Both the position numbers and the translations under genes were made by a program. The notes under the pieces were generated by a model, which saw only the letters and a list, made by a program, of their open reading frames with translations, searched no databases and was not told where the DNA came from. This document shows, one piece after another, positions 37,692 to 46,497 of a stretch of 64,000 nt of DNA. The DNA lies in NCBI GenBank assembly GCA_963781615.1, contig CAWAGI010000007.1, forward strand, positions 87,652 to 151,651, read 5' to 3'. Every line of letters starts with the position of its first letter. The stretch's first letter is position 1. The stretch comes from an uncultured Actinomycetes bacterium. Its GTDB lineage: Bacteria > Actinomycetota > Acidimicrobiia > IMCC26256 > JACDBD01.

Positions 37692-38216
37692 GTGAGCGCC
37701 ATGAGCGAGCACCGACGTCGTATCGACAAGGTGCTCGATCCGGGCTTCCTCACCGATCTTCCCGAATGGCCGCTCGGCGAGTTGCGCCGCCGTCACGCCG
37801 AGTGCCTCGAGATCGAGACCGAGGTGTCGTACGTCCGTCGCGTGACGCAGGCGCGCATCGACATTCTCGAGGCCGAGCTCGATCGCCGCGCCAGTGGTGG
37901 CTCCATCGGTGATCTCATCGCGGCACTGCCCGAGATCCTTGCCGACGAGGGACCGCGCGCCCCGGTCGAGAAGAGCCGGTTGAGCCGCCGCCTTGCTCCG
38001 TCGATGGACATCGAATGGCGCCGCGGCCGCGAGCACCTCATCACCGACGACACGCTCGCGACCCTGCCGAACCTCGACGACGACGCGCTGCGTTCGACGC
38101 TTCGTCAGCTCGGAGAGCTGGAGCAGGAGGTGTCGGGGCAGCGTCGTCACCTGCACCAGGTCATCGACCGCATGGAGACCGACCTGGCCGCCCGGCACAA
38201 GGTGGGCCAGGCGTGA
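37692..38216 (+). CDS. RsiG-like anti-sigma factor candidate (c-di-GMP-binding coiled coil)
   Basis: The first helix contains ETEVSYVRRVTQARID, a perfect E(X)3S(X)2R(X)3Q(X)3D. The C-terminal helix contains EQEVSGQRRHLHQVID, a near match. The N-terminal LGELRRRHAECLEIE and ILEAELDRR resemble my recollection of RsiG proteins. Confidence 0.6.
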   Translation: MSAMSEHRRRIDKVLDPGFLTDLPEWPLGELRRRHAECLEIETEVSYVRRVTQARIDILEAELDRRASGGSIGDLIAALPEILADEGPRAPVEKSRLSRRLAPSMDIEWRRGREHLITDDTLATLPNLDDDALRSTLRQLGELEQEVSGQRRHLHQVIDRMETDLAARHKVGQA

Positions 38217-38229
38217 CCGCGCACCGCAG

Positions 38230-38613
38230 ATGACCCCGGACCTCGAGACGAGGCTGCGCGATCTCGGAGAGTTCATCCGCGACCAGCGGCGGACCGCACG
38301 CCTGTCGTTGCGCAAGCTGAGCGAGCTCGCCGGGATCTCGAATCCCTACCTCAGCCAGATCGAGCGGGGCCTACGCAAGCCGAGCGCCGAGATCCTGCAG
38401 GCGATCGCCCGCGCGCTGCGTATCTCGTCGGAGACGCTCTACGTACGCGCCGGGATCCTCGAGGAGCGCGACACCGACGCCGATCTCGTCGGCGGCATCC
38501 TGCGCGACCGCACGCTGACCGAAGGCCAGAAGCAGGCACTGGTCGAGATCTACCGTTCGTTCCAGCGTGAGCGAGTCGAGGAGACCGAGGCGCCGAACGC
38601 CGACGCACGGTGA
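38230..38613 (+). CDS. XRE-family helix-turn-helix transcriptional regulator
   Basis: ATG 38230 inside ORF 37993..38613. LSLRKLSELAGISNPYLSQIERGLRKPSAEILQAIARAL is a classic HTH_3 motif. Confidence 0.8.
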   Translation: MTPDLETRLRDLGEFIRDQRRTARLSLRKLSELAGISNPYLSQIERGLRKPSAEILQAIARALRISSETLYVRAGILEERDTDADLVGGILRDRTLTEGQKQALVEIYRSFQRERVEETEAPNADAR

Positions 38614-38651
38614 ACGGGGCGCGATCCCCTCACCGGTAGGCTCTCCTTTCG

Positions 38652-39876
38652 ATGTCGGCCCAGCGCGTCGCCATGATCAGCGTCCACACATCGCCGCTCG
38701 CACAGCCGGGCGCCGGTGACGGCGGCGGCATGAACGTCTACGTCCGCTCGCTGGCGTCGAACCTCGCCCGCGCCGGCGTGCCGTGCGACGTCCTGACCCG
38801 CGCCGAGCACGCCGAGCAGCCGCCGGTCGTAGAGGTCGAGCACGGGTTTCGGGTCGTGCACCTGGCGGCGGGGCCGAGCGCGCCGGTTCCGAAGCAGTCG
38901 CTGCCCGACCTCGTCGACCCGTTCGTCGAGGCCGCGCTGGCCTTCTTCGCCGCCGACGGCGACAGGCCCGACATCCTGCACGCCAACTACTGGGTCTCCG
39001 GCGCGGTCGGGCACCGCCTCAAGCACGAGCTGGACCTGCCGCTCGTCGCGACGTTCCACACCCTCGATCGCGTCAAGGCCGAAGCCGGCGTGGGCGATGA
39101 TCCCGAGACGCGCGCGGGTGGAGAGCGAGATCGTCAATTGCGCCGACATGGTGATCGCCGCGACCGACGACGAACGCCGGCAGCTCGTCACGCTCTACGG
39201 GGCCGCGCGCGACCGGGTCGAGATCGTGCCACCCGGCGTCGATCACCGCGTCTTCGCCCCCGGTGACCGCGGCTCGGCACGGCGCCGGCTGCGGCTCGAC
39301 CCGGACGGGCCGGTGCTCCTCTACGTCGGGCGGATCCAGCCGCTCAAGGGCGCCGACCTCGCGGTGCGGACCCTCGCGGAGCTCGACGGGGACGTCTCGC
39401 TCCTCGTGGTGGGCGGACCGAGCGGCAGCGACGGGGAAGAGGAGATGCTCGGCCTCCGCACGCTCGTGGCCGAGCTGGACCTCGACGAGCAGGTGCGCTT
39501 CGTCCCGCCCCAGCCCCATGAGCAGCTCGTCGCCTACTACCAGGCCGCGGACGTGTGCCTCGTCCCTTCGCGCACGGAGTCGTTCGGGCTCGTCGCCCTG
39601 GAGGCGGCGGCGTGCGGGACGCCGGTCGTCGCCGCCGACGTCGGCGGCCTGCGATCGGTGGTCGACGACGGGCACACGGGCTTCCTCGTCGAAGGGCGCG
39701 CCGCCGTCGACTACGCGGCGCCCGTCGACGTGCTGCTCTCCGATCCCGATCTCGCCCGGACGATGGGCTCGAGCGCGCTGGCGCGCTCAGGCCGGTACAT
39801 GTGGAGCATCGCGGCGGCGCGGTTGCGACGGCTGTACGGCGACCTCGCGACCCGAGCGCCGGTGGAGTGCTCGTAG
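38652..39876 (+). pseudogene. mshA: D-inositol-3-phosphate glycosyltransferase (mycothiol biosynthesis), frame broken near 39110 as sequenced
   Basis: ORF 38652..39266 gives VAMISVHTSPLAQPGAGDGGGMNVYV and HANYWVSG. ORF 39097..39876 gives RVESEIVNCADMVIA, VGRIQPLKG, PSRTESFGLVALEAAACGTPVVAADVGGL. The two halves join between DDPE and RARVESE. Confidence 0.85.
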
Positions 39877-39882
39877 GCGACG

Positions 39883-40335
39883 TTGACGCTCGACGAGGCC
39901 CACGATCTGATCGCCCGCCACCTCGAAGGTCCGGTCGCGGCGGCCGAGTACACACAGCACGTCGAGTACGACCCCGAGCTGCGTCGCTGGTACGTCCGGT
40001 TCGGTTGCGACGGTCGCGACGCCACGACCATCTACTTCGACCTGCACGAGCGGACGCTGCGCTACGAGGTGTACTTCCTGCCCGACCCGCCCGCGAACCA
40101 CCTCGAGCTCTACCGCTACCTCCTGCGGCGCAACCACACGATGTACGGCACGCGCTTCTCGATCGGGCCCGACGGCGACCTCTATCTCGTCGGTAGGGTG
40201 GCGCTCGAGCACTTGAGCGTGGAGGAGCTCGACCGCATCATCGGCGTGATCTACGAGATCGTCGAGACGTGGTTCCAGCCCGTCGTGGCGATCGCCTTCG
40301 GGCGCCGTGCCGCTCCTCGATCTCAGACTGTCTGA
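39883..40335 (+). CDS. YbjN-domain protein
   Basis: 150-aa ORF directly after mshA, a pairing I recall as conserved in actinobacteria. WYVRFGCDGRDATTIYFDLHERTLRYEVYF and DLYLVGRV fit the YbjN fold family. Confidence 0.65.
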   Translation: MTLDEAHDLIARHLEGPVAAAEYTQHVEYDPELRRWYVRFGCDGRDATTIYFDLHERTLRYEVYFLPDPPANHLELYRYLLRRNHTMYGTRFSIGPDGDLYLVGRVALEHLSVEELDRIIGVIYEIVETWFQPVVAIAFGRRAAPRSQTV

Positions 40336-40506
40336 AATCCTCACTGCTTGCGCCAGGTGGCGTGAGAGGGTAAGGTTCGGAAGTCGGGCCCGAGGTGCGG
40401 GACGGTCGGCCTCGTTCGGGGAAGTGCGAGGTGGACCCGAAGGTTCCTCGGGCCCGGTCGCGCCGCCGTTACCCTCCCAGGCGGGACGGCGACAGGAGAC
40501 ACCTTG

Positions 40507-41313
40507 ATGCAACTCGCGCTGCTCGGCGGTGGCCGCATGGGCGAGGCCCTGCTCGCGGGGTTGCTCGACGCCGGCTGGGACACCGACGCCCTCGCCGTGG
40601 CCGAGGTCGACCCGGAGCGGCGCCGCCTGATCGAGCAGCGGTTCCGGGGCGTGCGGGTCGTGCCGAGCCCGGCGTGGGCGGTGGCCGAGAGCGACGTCGT
40701 GGTGGTGGCGGTGAAGCCCGGCGACATCGGCGCCGCGCTCGAGCAGTGCCTCACGTCGCTGAAGACCGACGCGCTGGTGCTGTCGATCGCGGCCGGCGTC
40801 ACGCTGGCCACCCTCGAGGAGGCGGTTCCCGACCGCCCGGTCGTGCGGGCGATGCCCAACACCGCCGCGCTCGTCCGCAAGGGCGCGGCCGCGATCGCGG
40901 GCGGGCGTCACGCCACCGAAGCGCATCTCGACGAGGCCGAACGGATCCTCGGGTCGGTCGGCGTGGTCGTGCGCGTCCCCGAGCCGCTGCTCGACGCCGT
41001 CACCGGCCTGTCCGGCTCGGGGCCGGCATACGTGTTCCTGGTCGCCGAGGCGATGGTGGAGGCGGGCGTCCTCGTCGGGCTGCCCCGCGAGACCGCGGCC
41101 ACCCTCGTGCACCAGACCCTCGTCGGCGCCGCCGCCCTGCTCGTCGACGGGACCGAGGGGCCGGAGGCACTCCGGGCGGCGGTGACCTCGCCCGGCGGGA
41201 CAACCGCCGCCGGCCTCGCCCGGCTCGAGGCCCACGGCGTCCGGGCAGCCTTCCTCGAGGCGGTCGAGGCCGCCACCCGCCGCTCCCGGGAGATGGGTCG
41301 CCCCGGCGAGTAA
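40507..41313 (+). CDS. proC: pyrroline-5-carboxylate reductase
   Basis: LLGGGRMGEALLAGL NAD(P) fold, VRAMPNTAALV, GLSGSGPAYVF, SPGGTTAAGL. Confidence 0.9.
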   Translation: MQLALLGGGRMGEALLAGLLDAGWDTDALAVAEVDPERRRLIEQRFRGVRVVPSPAWAVAESDVVVVAVKPGDIGAALEQCLTSLKTDALVLSIAAGVTLATLEEAVPDRPVVRAMPNTAALVRKGAAAIAGGRHATEAHLDEAERILGSVGVVVRVPEPLLDAVTGLSGSGPAYVFLVAEAMVEAGVLVGLPRETAATLVHQTLVGAAALLVDGTEGPEALRAAVTSPGGTTAAGLARLEAHGVRAAFLEAVEAATRRSREMGRPGE

Positions 41314-41434
41314 CCCTCTCCGGGTGGACTCGCCGTCCACAGGTCTCGACACCGGCGCGCTCGGCTCACGCTAGACAACAGGGGCATCGTCGCCCTACGC
41401 TCCGATCCGCAGCGGGCTGGAGTAGCAAGGGGTA

Positions 41435-41635
41435 TTGACCGTGGCGGAGTCCTTCGCCAAAGCGCGATTCCTGACGGTGCAGGAAGTCGCGAGGCTCATG
41501 CGGGTCTCTTCGATGACGGTCTACCGCCTGATCAAGGCGGGGGACCTGCCGGCGGTGCGCGTCGGGCGCTCGTTCCGGGTGCGCGACGTCGACGTCGACG
41601 CCTATCTGGAGTCGCGGTACACGCAGGCCGGATAG
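41435..41635 (+). CDS. excisionase/MerR-like small helix-turn-helix DNA-binding protein
   Basis: FLTVQEVARLMRVSSMTVYRLIKAGDLPAVRVGRSFRV. A small HTH gene directly after proC is an arrangement I recall from mycobacteria. Confidence 0.8.
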   Translation: MTVAESFAKARFLTVQEVARLMRVSSMTVYRLIKAGDLPAVRVGRSFRVRDVDVDAYLESRYTQAG

Positions 41636-41657
41636 GCGCGAAGAGGACGAAGCGCCC

Positions 41658-42594
41658 TTGGCGACCACCCCGGCTCGGCGGTTCGTCTCCTTCCTGTCCG
41701 ACTACGGCCACGCCGACGAGTTCGTCGGCGTGTGCAAGTCGGTGATGCTGAGCCTCGTCCCCGACCTGCAGATCATCGACATCACCCACGACCTCCCTCC
41801 GCACGACGTGCGCGCCGGCGCGCTCACGCTGGTCCGCGCCGCGCAGTACCTCCCGGACGGCGGCATCGTCCTCGCCGTCGTCGACCCGGGCGTCGGCACC
41901 GACCGCCGGCTGGTGGCGGTCGAGGTCGAGCACGGAGTCCTGCTCGGTCCGGACAACGGCCTGCTGGCGCCGGGCGTCGCCATCCTCGGTGGCGCGCGGC
42001 GCGTGGTTTCCCTCACGAACACCGAGCACCACCTGCCGGCGCCCGGCCCGACGTTCGCCGGGTCGCGACGTCCTCGCGCCCGCCGCCGCGCACCTCGCGG
42101 CCGGCGTCGACGCCGACGAGCTGGGCGACGAGGTCGATCCCGCCGGGCTCGTCCCCGGCCTCGTCTCACTGCCCCAGCACGACGAGGGCGGCGCGATCCA
42201 CGGCGAGGTGTGGTGGATCGACCGGTTCGGCAACTGCCAGCTCAACATCGACCCCGACGAGCTGCGCGCCCACGGCGCCGAACCGGGCGCGCCGGTCGAG
42301 GTCCGCTTTTCTCCCGGCGCCCCTCCCAGCGCCCTCGCAAGCTCGGGCTCTGCTCCGACGGTCGGCAAAGCCGCCGTCTCCGCGGGTGAACAGGCGCGCT
42401 CGGTGCGCTGGGTGCACACGTACGGCGACGCCAAACCCGCTGAGCTCGTCCTGCTCGTCGACTCCTACGGCCTGACGTCACTCGCCCTCGACCGCGGCTC
42501 GGCCGCTTCCGAGTGCAAGCTCGAGCCGGCATCGCCGGTCACGCTCGTCCCGCCCGGCGCCACCGTCACCGGCACGAGCCGGGACGGCGCGTAG
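41658..42594 (+). pseudogene. SAM hydrolase / SAM-dependent halogenase family (DUF62) protein, frame broken at about 42063 as sequenced
   Basis: ORF 41658..42389 starts FLSDYGHADEFVGVCKSVM, VVDPGVGT, GPDNGLL. After PTFAG, skipping t42063 gives RDVLAPAAAHLAAG..., then WWIDRFGNCQLN and LVDSYGLTSLAL (ORF 41989..42594). Confidence 0.8.
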
Positions 42595-42596
42595 CC

Positions 42597-42689
42597 GTGC
42601 GCCCCGGCACCACGATCGCCATCGCGGTCCTGCTCTTCATCATCCTCGCGGCGGCGTTCGCCCAGTTCGTGTTGCGCCTCGGGCCCTGA
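42597..42689 (+). CDS. possible 30-aa single-pass membrane peptide
   Basis: GTG lies 3 nt after the DUF62 stop. Sequence VRPGTTIAIAVLLFIILAAAFAQFVLRLGP-stop. It is below the ORF-track size cutoff and there is no homology evidence. Confidence 0.3.
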   Translation: MRPGTTIAIAVLLFIILAAAFAQFVLRLGP

Positions 42690-42870
42690 CAACCCACGGG
42701 GCGAGGAATCGGGGCTCCGGCCGTGGGTGTGGTGCTTGGGGCGGGCTGGGAGGCTGTTCCACGAGCGCCACCCCATGACAGCGCGGCGCCCGCGGCCCCC
42801 ACACCCACGGACCGGAACCCCGAATCGCGCGGGGCATCGACCGGGCCGCCTCGCGCCTTTCGTGGGTTGT
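42689..42870. other. 182-nt nested imperfect inverted repeat (candidate structured RNA or palindromic element)
   Basis: Nested pairings: 42689-42698 with 42861-42870 (10/10); 42701-42706 with 42849-42854 (6/6); 42707-42720 with 42812-42825 (12/14); 42721-42732 with 42799-42810 (12/12). An unpaired 23-nt insert sits at 42826-42848. Confidence 0.6.
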
Positions 42871-42974
42871 ACCACGGAGCGTGAGACCACGCACGCGAGG
42901 GTGCGAATCGCCCAGGCGTCCAAGATCGGGCGGCGGGCGGGCGCGGCTGGCGGGCGCGGCGGTACGTTCCGGCT

Positions 42975-44276
42975 GTGCGTGTCCCCGAGCGTCAGGCCGA
43001 CGTGCTCGCCGATGCCGACGTGGTCGTGGCCGGGGGTGGGCCGGCGGGGCTCGGCGCGGCGGTCGCCGCCGCCCGTGCGGGCGCCCGCGTCGTCCTCTGC
43101 GAGCGATACGGGTTCCTCGGCGGCAACCTCACCGTGGCCAAGGTCGGCACGATCTGCGGCCTCTATGTCGGCGACGACGCCGGCGAGTTCGACTTCGTCG
43201 TCGGCGGGATCGCCCGCGAGGTCGCGGAGGCGCTCGCGCGCGCCGGCGCCGGTGTCGGGCCGGTGCCGTTCAAGGAGACGGCCGTGTTCCTGTACGCGCC
43301 GTGGGCAGTCAAACGCCTCGCCGACCACCTCGTCACCGACGAGGAGTCGGTGGACGTGCTGCTCCACGCGCTCGTCGCCGACGCCCTCGTCGACGACGGC
43401 GCGTTGCGCGCGCTGGTGCTCGCGACCAAACGCGGACCGCGCGCACTGACGGGGAAGGTGTTCGTCGACTGCACCGGCGACGCCGACGTCGCCACCTTCG
43501 CCGGCGTCCCGACCGAGCTCGGTCCGCCCGGCCACCGCCAGTTCGGGTCGATGCAGTTCGTGATGCAGCACGTCGACGCGGCGGCGGCGCTCGCCGCGGT
43601 TCCCGCGCTCGGCGACCTGATCGCCGAGCACGGCGCCCACCTGTCGCGCGACGGGGGTGCCGTCATCCCGACGTTCCGGCCCGGTGAGTTCGTCGGCGCG
43701 ATGACGCGCGTCCGCAATCCCGACGGCAGCCCCGTCGACGTCACCGACGTCCGCCAGGCGACGTGGGGCGAGCTCGAAGGCCGCCGGCTCGCGGAGGAAG
43801 CAGCCGCGTTCCTCCAGGAGCACGTCCCCGGCTTCTCGGACGCCTTCCTCGACGACACCGCCACCGCGCTGGGCGTGCGCGAGACGCGACGGGTGGTCGG
43901 CGACTACGTGCTCACCGGGAACGACGTCGCCCGCGGGGCGACCTTCGACGACGCCGTCGCGCGCGGCGCGTGGCCGCGCGAGTACCACGTGCACGGACGC
44001 ACGACCGAGTACGAGTTCCTGCCCGCCGGGGTCAGCTATCAGGTGCCGTTCGCCAGCCTGCGACCCCGCGGGGTGCCGAACCTCCTGGTCGCCGGGCGCT
44101 GCCTGTCCGCCGACCACGACGCCCTGGCGTCGATCCGCGTCATGGGCCCGAGCCTGGCGCTGGGCCAGGCGGCCGGCACCGCCGCCGCCCTGGCCGCGCG
44201 CGACGGCGTCGCCGTCGCCGACGTCGCGGTAGACGAGCTGCAGGCGTCACTGTCGAAGCAGGGAGCGGTCCTGTGA
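42975..44276 (+). CDS. FAD-dependent oxidoreductase
   Basis: Dinucleotide fold DVVVAGGGPAGLGAAVAAARAGARVVLCE. CTGDADV and a C-terminal GRCLSAD motif are typical of the FAD_oxidored family. Confidence 0.75.
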   Translation: MRVPERQADVLADADVVVAGGGPAGLGAAVAAARAGARVVLCERYGFLGGNLTVAKVGTICGLYVGDDAGEFDFVVGGIAREVAEALARAGAGVGPVPFKETAVFLYAPWAVKRLADHLVTDEESVDVLLHALVADALVDDGALRALVLATKRGPRALTGKVFVDCTGDADVATFAGVPTELGPPGHRQFGSMQFVMQHVDAAAALAAVPALGDLIAEHGAHLSRDGGAVIPTFRPGEFVGAMTRVRNPDGSPVDVTDVRQATWGELEGRRLAEEAAAFLQEHVPGFSDAFLDDTATALGVRETRRVVGDYVLTGNDVARGATFDDAVARGAWPREYHVHGRTTEYEFLPAGVSYQVPFASLRPRGVPNLLVAGRCLSADHDALASIRVMGPSLALGQAAGTAAALAARDGVAVADVAVDELQASLSKQGAVL

Positions 44277-45694
44277 CGAACCTCGCCGACGTGCTCCTGG
44301 CGCCCGCCCGGACCACGCCCGACGCGATCGCGCTGCGGGCCGGGCCCGACGCCGTGACCTATCGCGATCTCGAGTCGCGGGCCGCGCGGGTGGCGGGCGC
44401 GCTCCGGGCCGAGGGCGTCGACCCCGGCGCCCGGGTGACGATCGAAGGCCACAACACGATCGCGTTCGTCGCGTCGTATCTGGGCGTGCTGCGAGCGGGC
44501 GCGGTCGCCGTCCCGCTCAACCCGCTTGCACCCGACCCGGAGCTCGACCGCGAGCTCGCGACGGTCGAGCCTGCCGTCGTGCTCGGACGCCCGCTCGACG
44601 GCGCCGGCGTCGCCGAGCCGGCCGCGACCGTGGCGCGGGACGACTCCGACATCGCGGTGCTGCTGTTCACGGCGGGCACCGCCGGCGCACCGAAAGCCGC
44701 CATGCTCACCCATGGGAACCTCGTCGCGAACATCCGCCAGGTGCTCGACCACCCCGGCCTCGCCTTGAACGCCGGCGACGTGAGCCTCGGCGTGCTGCCG
44801 CTCTTCCACGTGTTCGGGCTCAACGCGGTGCTGGGCATCGGCCTCGCCGCCGGTGCGTCGACCGTCCTGCTCGAGCACTTCGACGCCGCCACCGCCGTGC
44901 GCGCCGTGCGCGACCATCTCGTCTCGGTCGTCGCGGGCGTTCCCGCCATGTATCACGCCTTCCTCGAGCTCGACGACGACGCCGCGCCGGCGGAGGCGTT
45001 CCAGTCCGTGCGCTTGGCGGTGTCGGGCGCAGCGCCGATCGACGAGGAGGTGCTCGAGGGGATGCGCAAGCGGTTCGGCGTCGTCGTGCACGAGGGCTAC
45101 GGCCTCACCGAGGCGGCCCCGATCGTGACCACGTCGGCGATCGGGCGGCGGGAGCCCGCCGCCGGGTCGATCGGCCCGGCGCTCCCGGGCGTCGAGGTGC
45201 GCCTGGTCGACGCCGACGGCGGCGACGTGCTCCCGGGCGACCCGGGCGAGATCTGGGTGCGCGGCCCGAACGTGTTCCCCGGCTACTGGCGCGATCCCGA
45301 CGCCACCTCCCGCGCGCTCAGCCGCGACGGATGGCTGCGAACGGGCGACGTCGCCGTCGCCGACGACGACGGCGAGCTCAGCCTCGTCGACCGGGCCAAG
45401 GACCTCGTGATCGTGTCCGGGTTCAACGTCTACCCGGCCGAGGTCGAGGAGGCGCTGCTCGAGCACCCGGACGTGGCCGAGGCAGCCGTGGTGGGCGAGC
45501 CCGACCCTCGCACCGGCGAGGCGATCGTGGCGTTCGTCGTGCCCGAGCCGGGTGCCCGGCCCGACCCCGCCGCGCTGCTCGCCCACTGCGCCCGGACTCT
45601 GGCTCGGTACAAGTGCCCGACACGCGTCGAGATCGTCGACGCGCTGCCCCGGTCCTTCGCCGGCAAGGTCCTCCGCCGCGAGCTCCGCCCCTGA
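44273..45694 (+). CDS. AMP-dependent acyl-CoA synthetase/ligase
   Basis: GTG 44273 overlaps the preceding stop (GTGA). AMP-binding motifs LLFTAGTAGAPKAAMLTH, EGYGLTE, TGDVAV, KVLRREL. Confidence 0.88.
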   Translation: MTNLADVLLAPARTTPDAIALRAGPDAVTYRDLESRAARVAGALRAEGVDPGARVTIEGHNTIAFVASYLGVLRAGAVAVPLNPLAPDPELDRELATVEPAVVLGRPLDGAGVAEPAATVARDDSDIAVLLFTAGTAGAPKAAMLTHGNLVANIRQVLDHPGLALNAGDVSLGVLPLFHVFGLNAVLGIGLAAGASTVLLEHFDAATAVRAVRDHLVSVVAGVPAMYHAFLELDDDAAPAEAFQSVRLAVSGAAPIDEEVLEGMRKRFGVVVHEGYGLTEAAPIVTTSAIGRREPAAGSIGPALPGVEVRLVDADGGDVLPGDPGEIWVRGPNVFPGYWRDPDATSRALSRDGWLRTGDVAVADDDGELSLVDRAKDLVIVSGFNVYPAEVEEALLEHPDVAEAAVVGEPDPRTGEAIVAFVVPEPGARPDPAALLAHCARTLARYKCPTRVEIVDALPRSFAGKVLRRELRP

Positions 45695-45718
45695 GCCCCG
45701 CCGCGACCGCACGGGACT

Positions 45719-45736
45719 TTGAGAACGATTGCACAA
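45719..45736. promoter_or_regulatory. candidate Rex operator (ROP)
   Basis: TTGAGAACGATTGCACAA lies 54 nt upstream of the rex ATG. Its half-sites TTGAGAA and TGCACAA each match 6 of 7 positions of the TTGTGAA-N4-TTCACAA consensus. Confidence 0.55.
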
Positions 45737-45789
45737 GCGGGGGGTATCCTCGGCGGACGCCCGGCGACGGCCGGGGTTTCGACCGAGGA

Positions 45790-46497
45790 ATGCAGCAGGA
45801 AGCGAACGGAGTGCCCTCCGCCCGACGAATTCCCGAGGCGACGGTCGCCCGCCTGCCCCTCTACTACCGGGCCCTGCTCGAGACGGCCGACCAGCACGTC
45901 GGCACGGTCTCGTCCGAGCGGCTGGCGTCGCTGGCGGGTGTGAACGCGGCGAAGGTGCGCAAGGACCTCTCGTACCTCGGCTCCTACGGGACCCGGGGCG
46001 TGGGCTACGACGTCGAGTTCCTCCTCCACCAGATCTCCCGCGAGCTCGGCCTCACCCACGACTGGCCCGTCGTGATCGTCGGTGTCGGGAACCTGGGCCA
46101 CGCGCTGGCCAACTACAAGGGGTTCGGCGCCCGCGGGTTCCAGATCGTCGCCCTCGTCGACGCCGACCCGGCGAAGGTGGGGACGCACATCGGTGACCTC
46201 ACGGTCGCCGCCCTCGACGACCTGCCGCGCGTCGTCGCCGATTGCGGCATCGCCATCGGGATCGTCGCCACTCCGGCGGTGGCGGCGCAGGAGGTCGCCG
46301 ACCGGCTGGTCGACGCCGGCGTGACGTCGATCCTCAACTTCGCCCCTGCGGTCGTCACGGTGCCGCCCGGCGTGTCGCTGCGGAAGGTCGATCTCGCGAT
46401 CGAGCTCCAGATCCTGTCCTTCTACCAACAGCGCAAGGTGCCGGCCGTCGACGGGCAGCGCGGTGACGGGCCCCGCGCCAAGGAGCGCGTGCGGTGA
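45790..46497 (+). CDS. rex: redox-sensing transcriptional repressor Rex
   Basis: ATG 45790 inside ORF 45331..46497. Motifs: IPEATVARLPLYYRAL, SYLGSYGTRGVGYDV, VVIVGVGNLGHALANY, ILNFAP. Confidence 0.9.
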   Translation: MQQEANGVPSARRIPEATVARLPLYYRALLETADQHVGTVSSERLASLAGVNAAKVRKDLSYLGSYGTRGVGYDVEFLLHQISRELGLTHDWPVVIVGVGNLGHALANYKGFGARGFQIVALVDADPAKVGTHIGDLTVAALDDLPRVVADCGIAIGIVATPAVAAQEVADRLVDAGVTSILNFAPAVVTVPPGVSLRKVDLAIELQILSFYQQRKVPAVDGQRGDGPRAKERVR

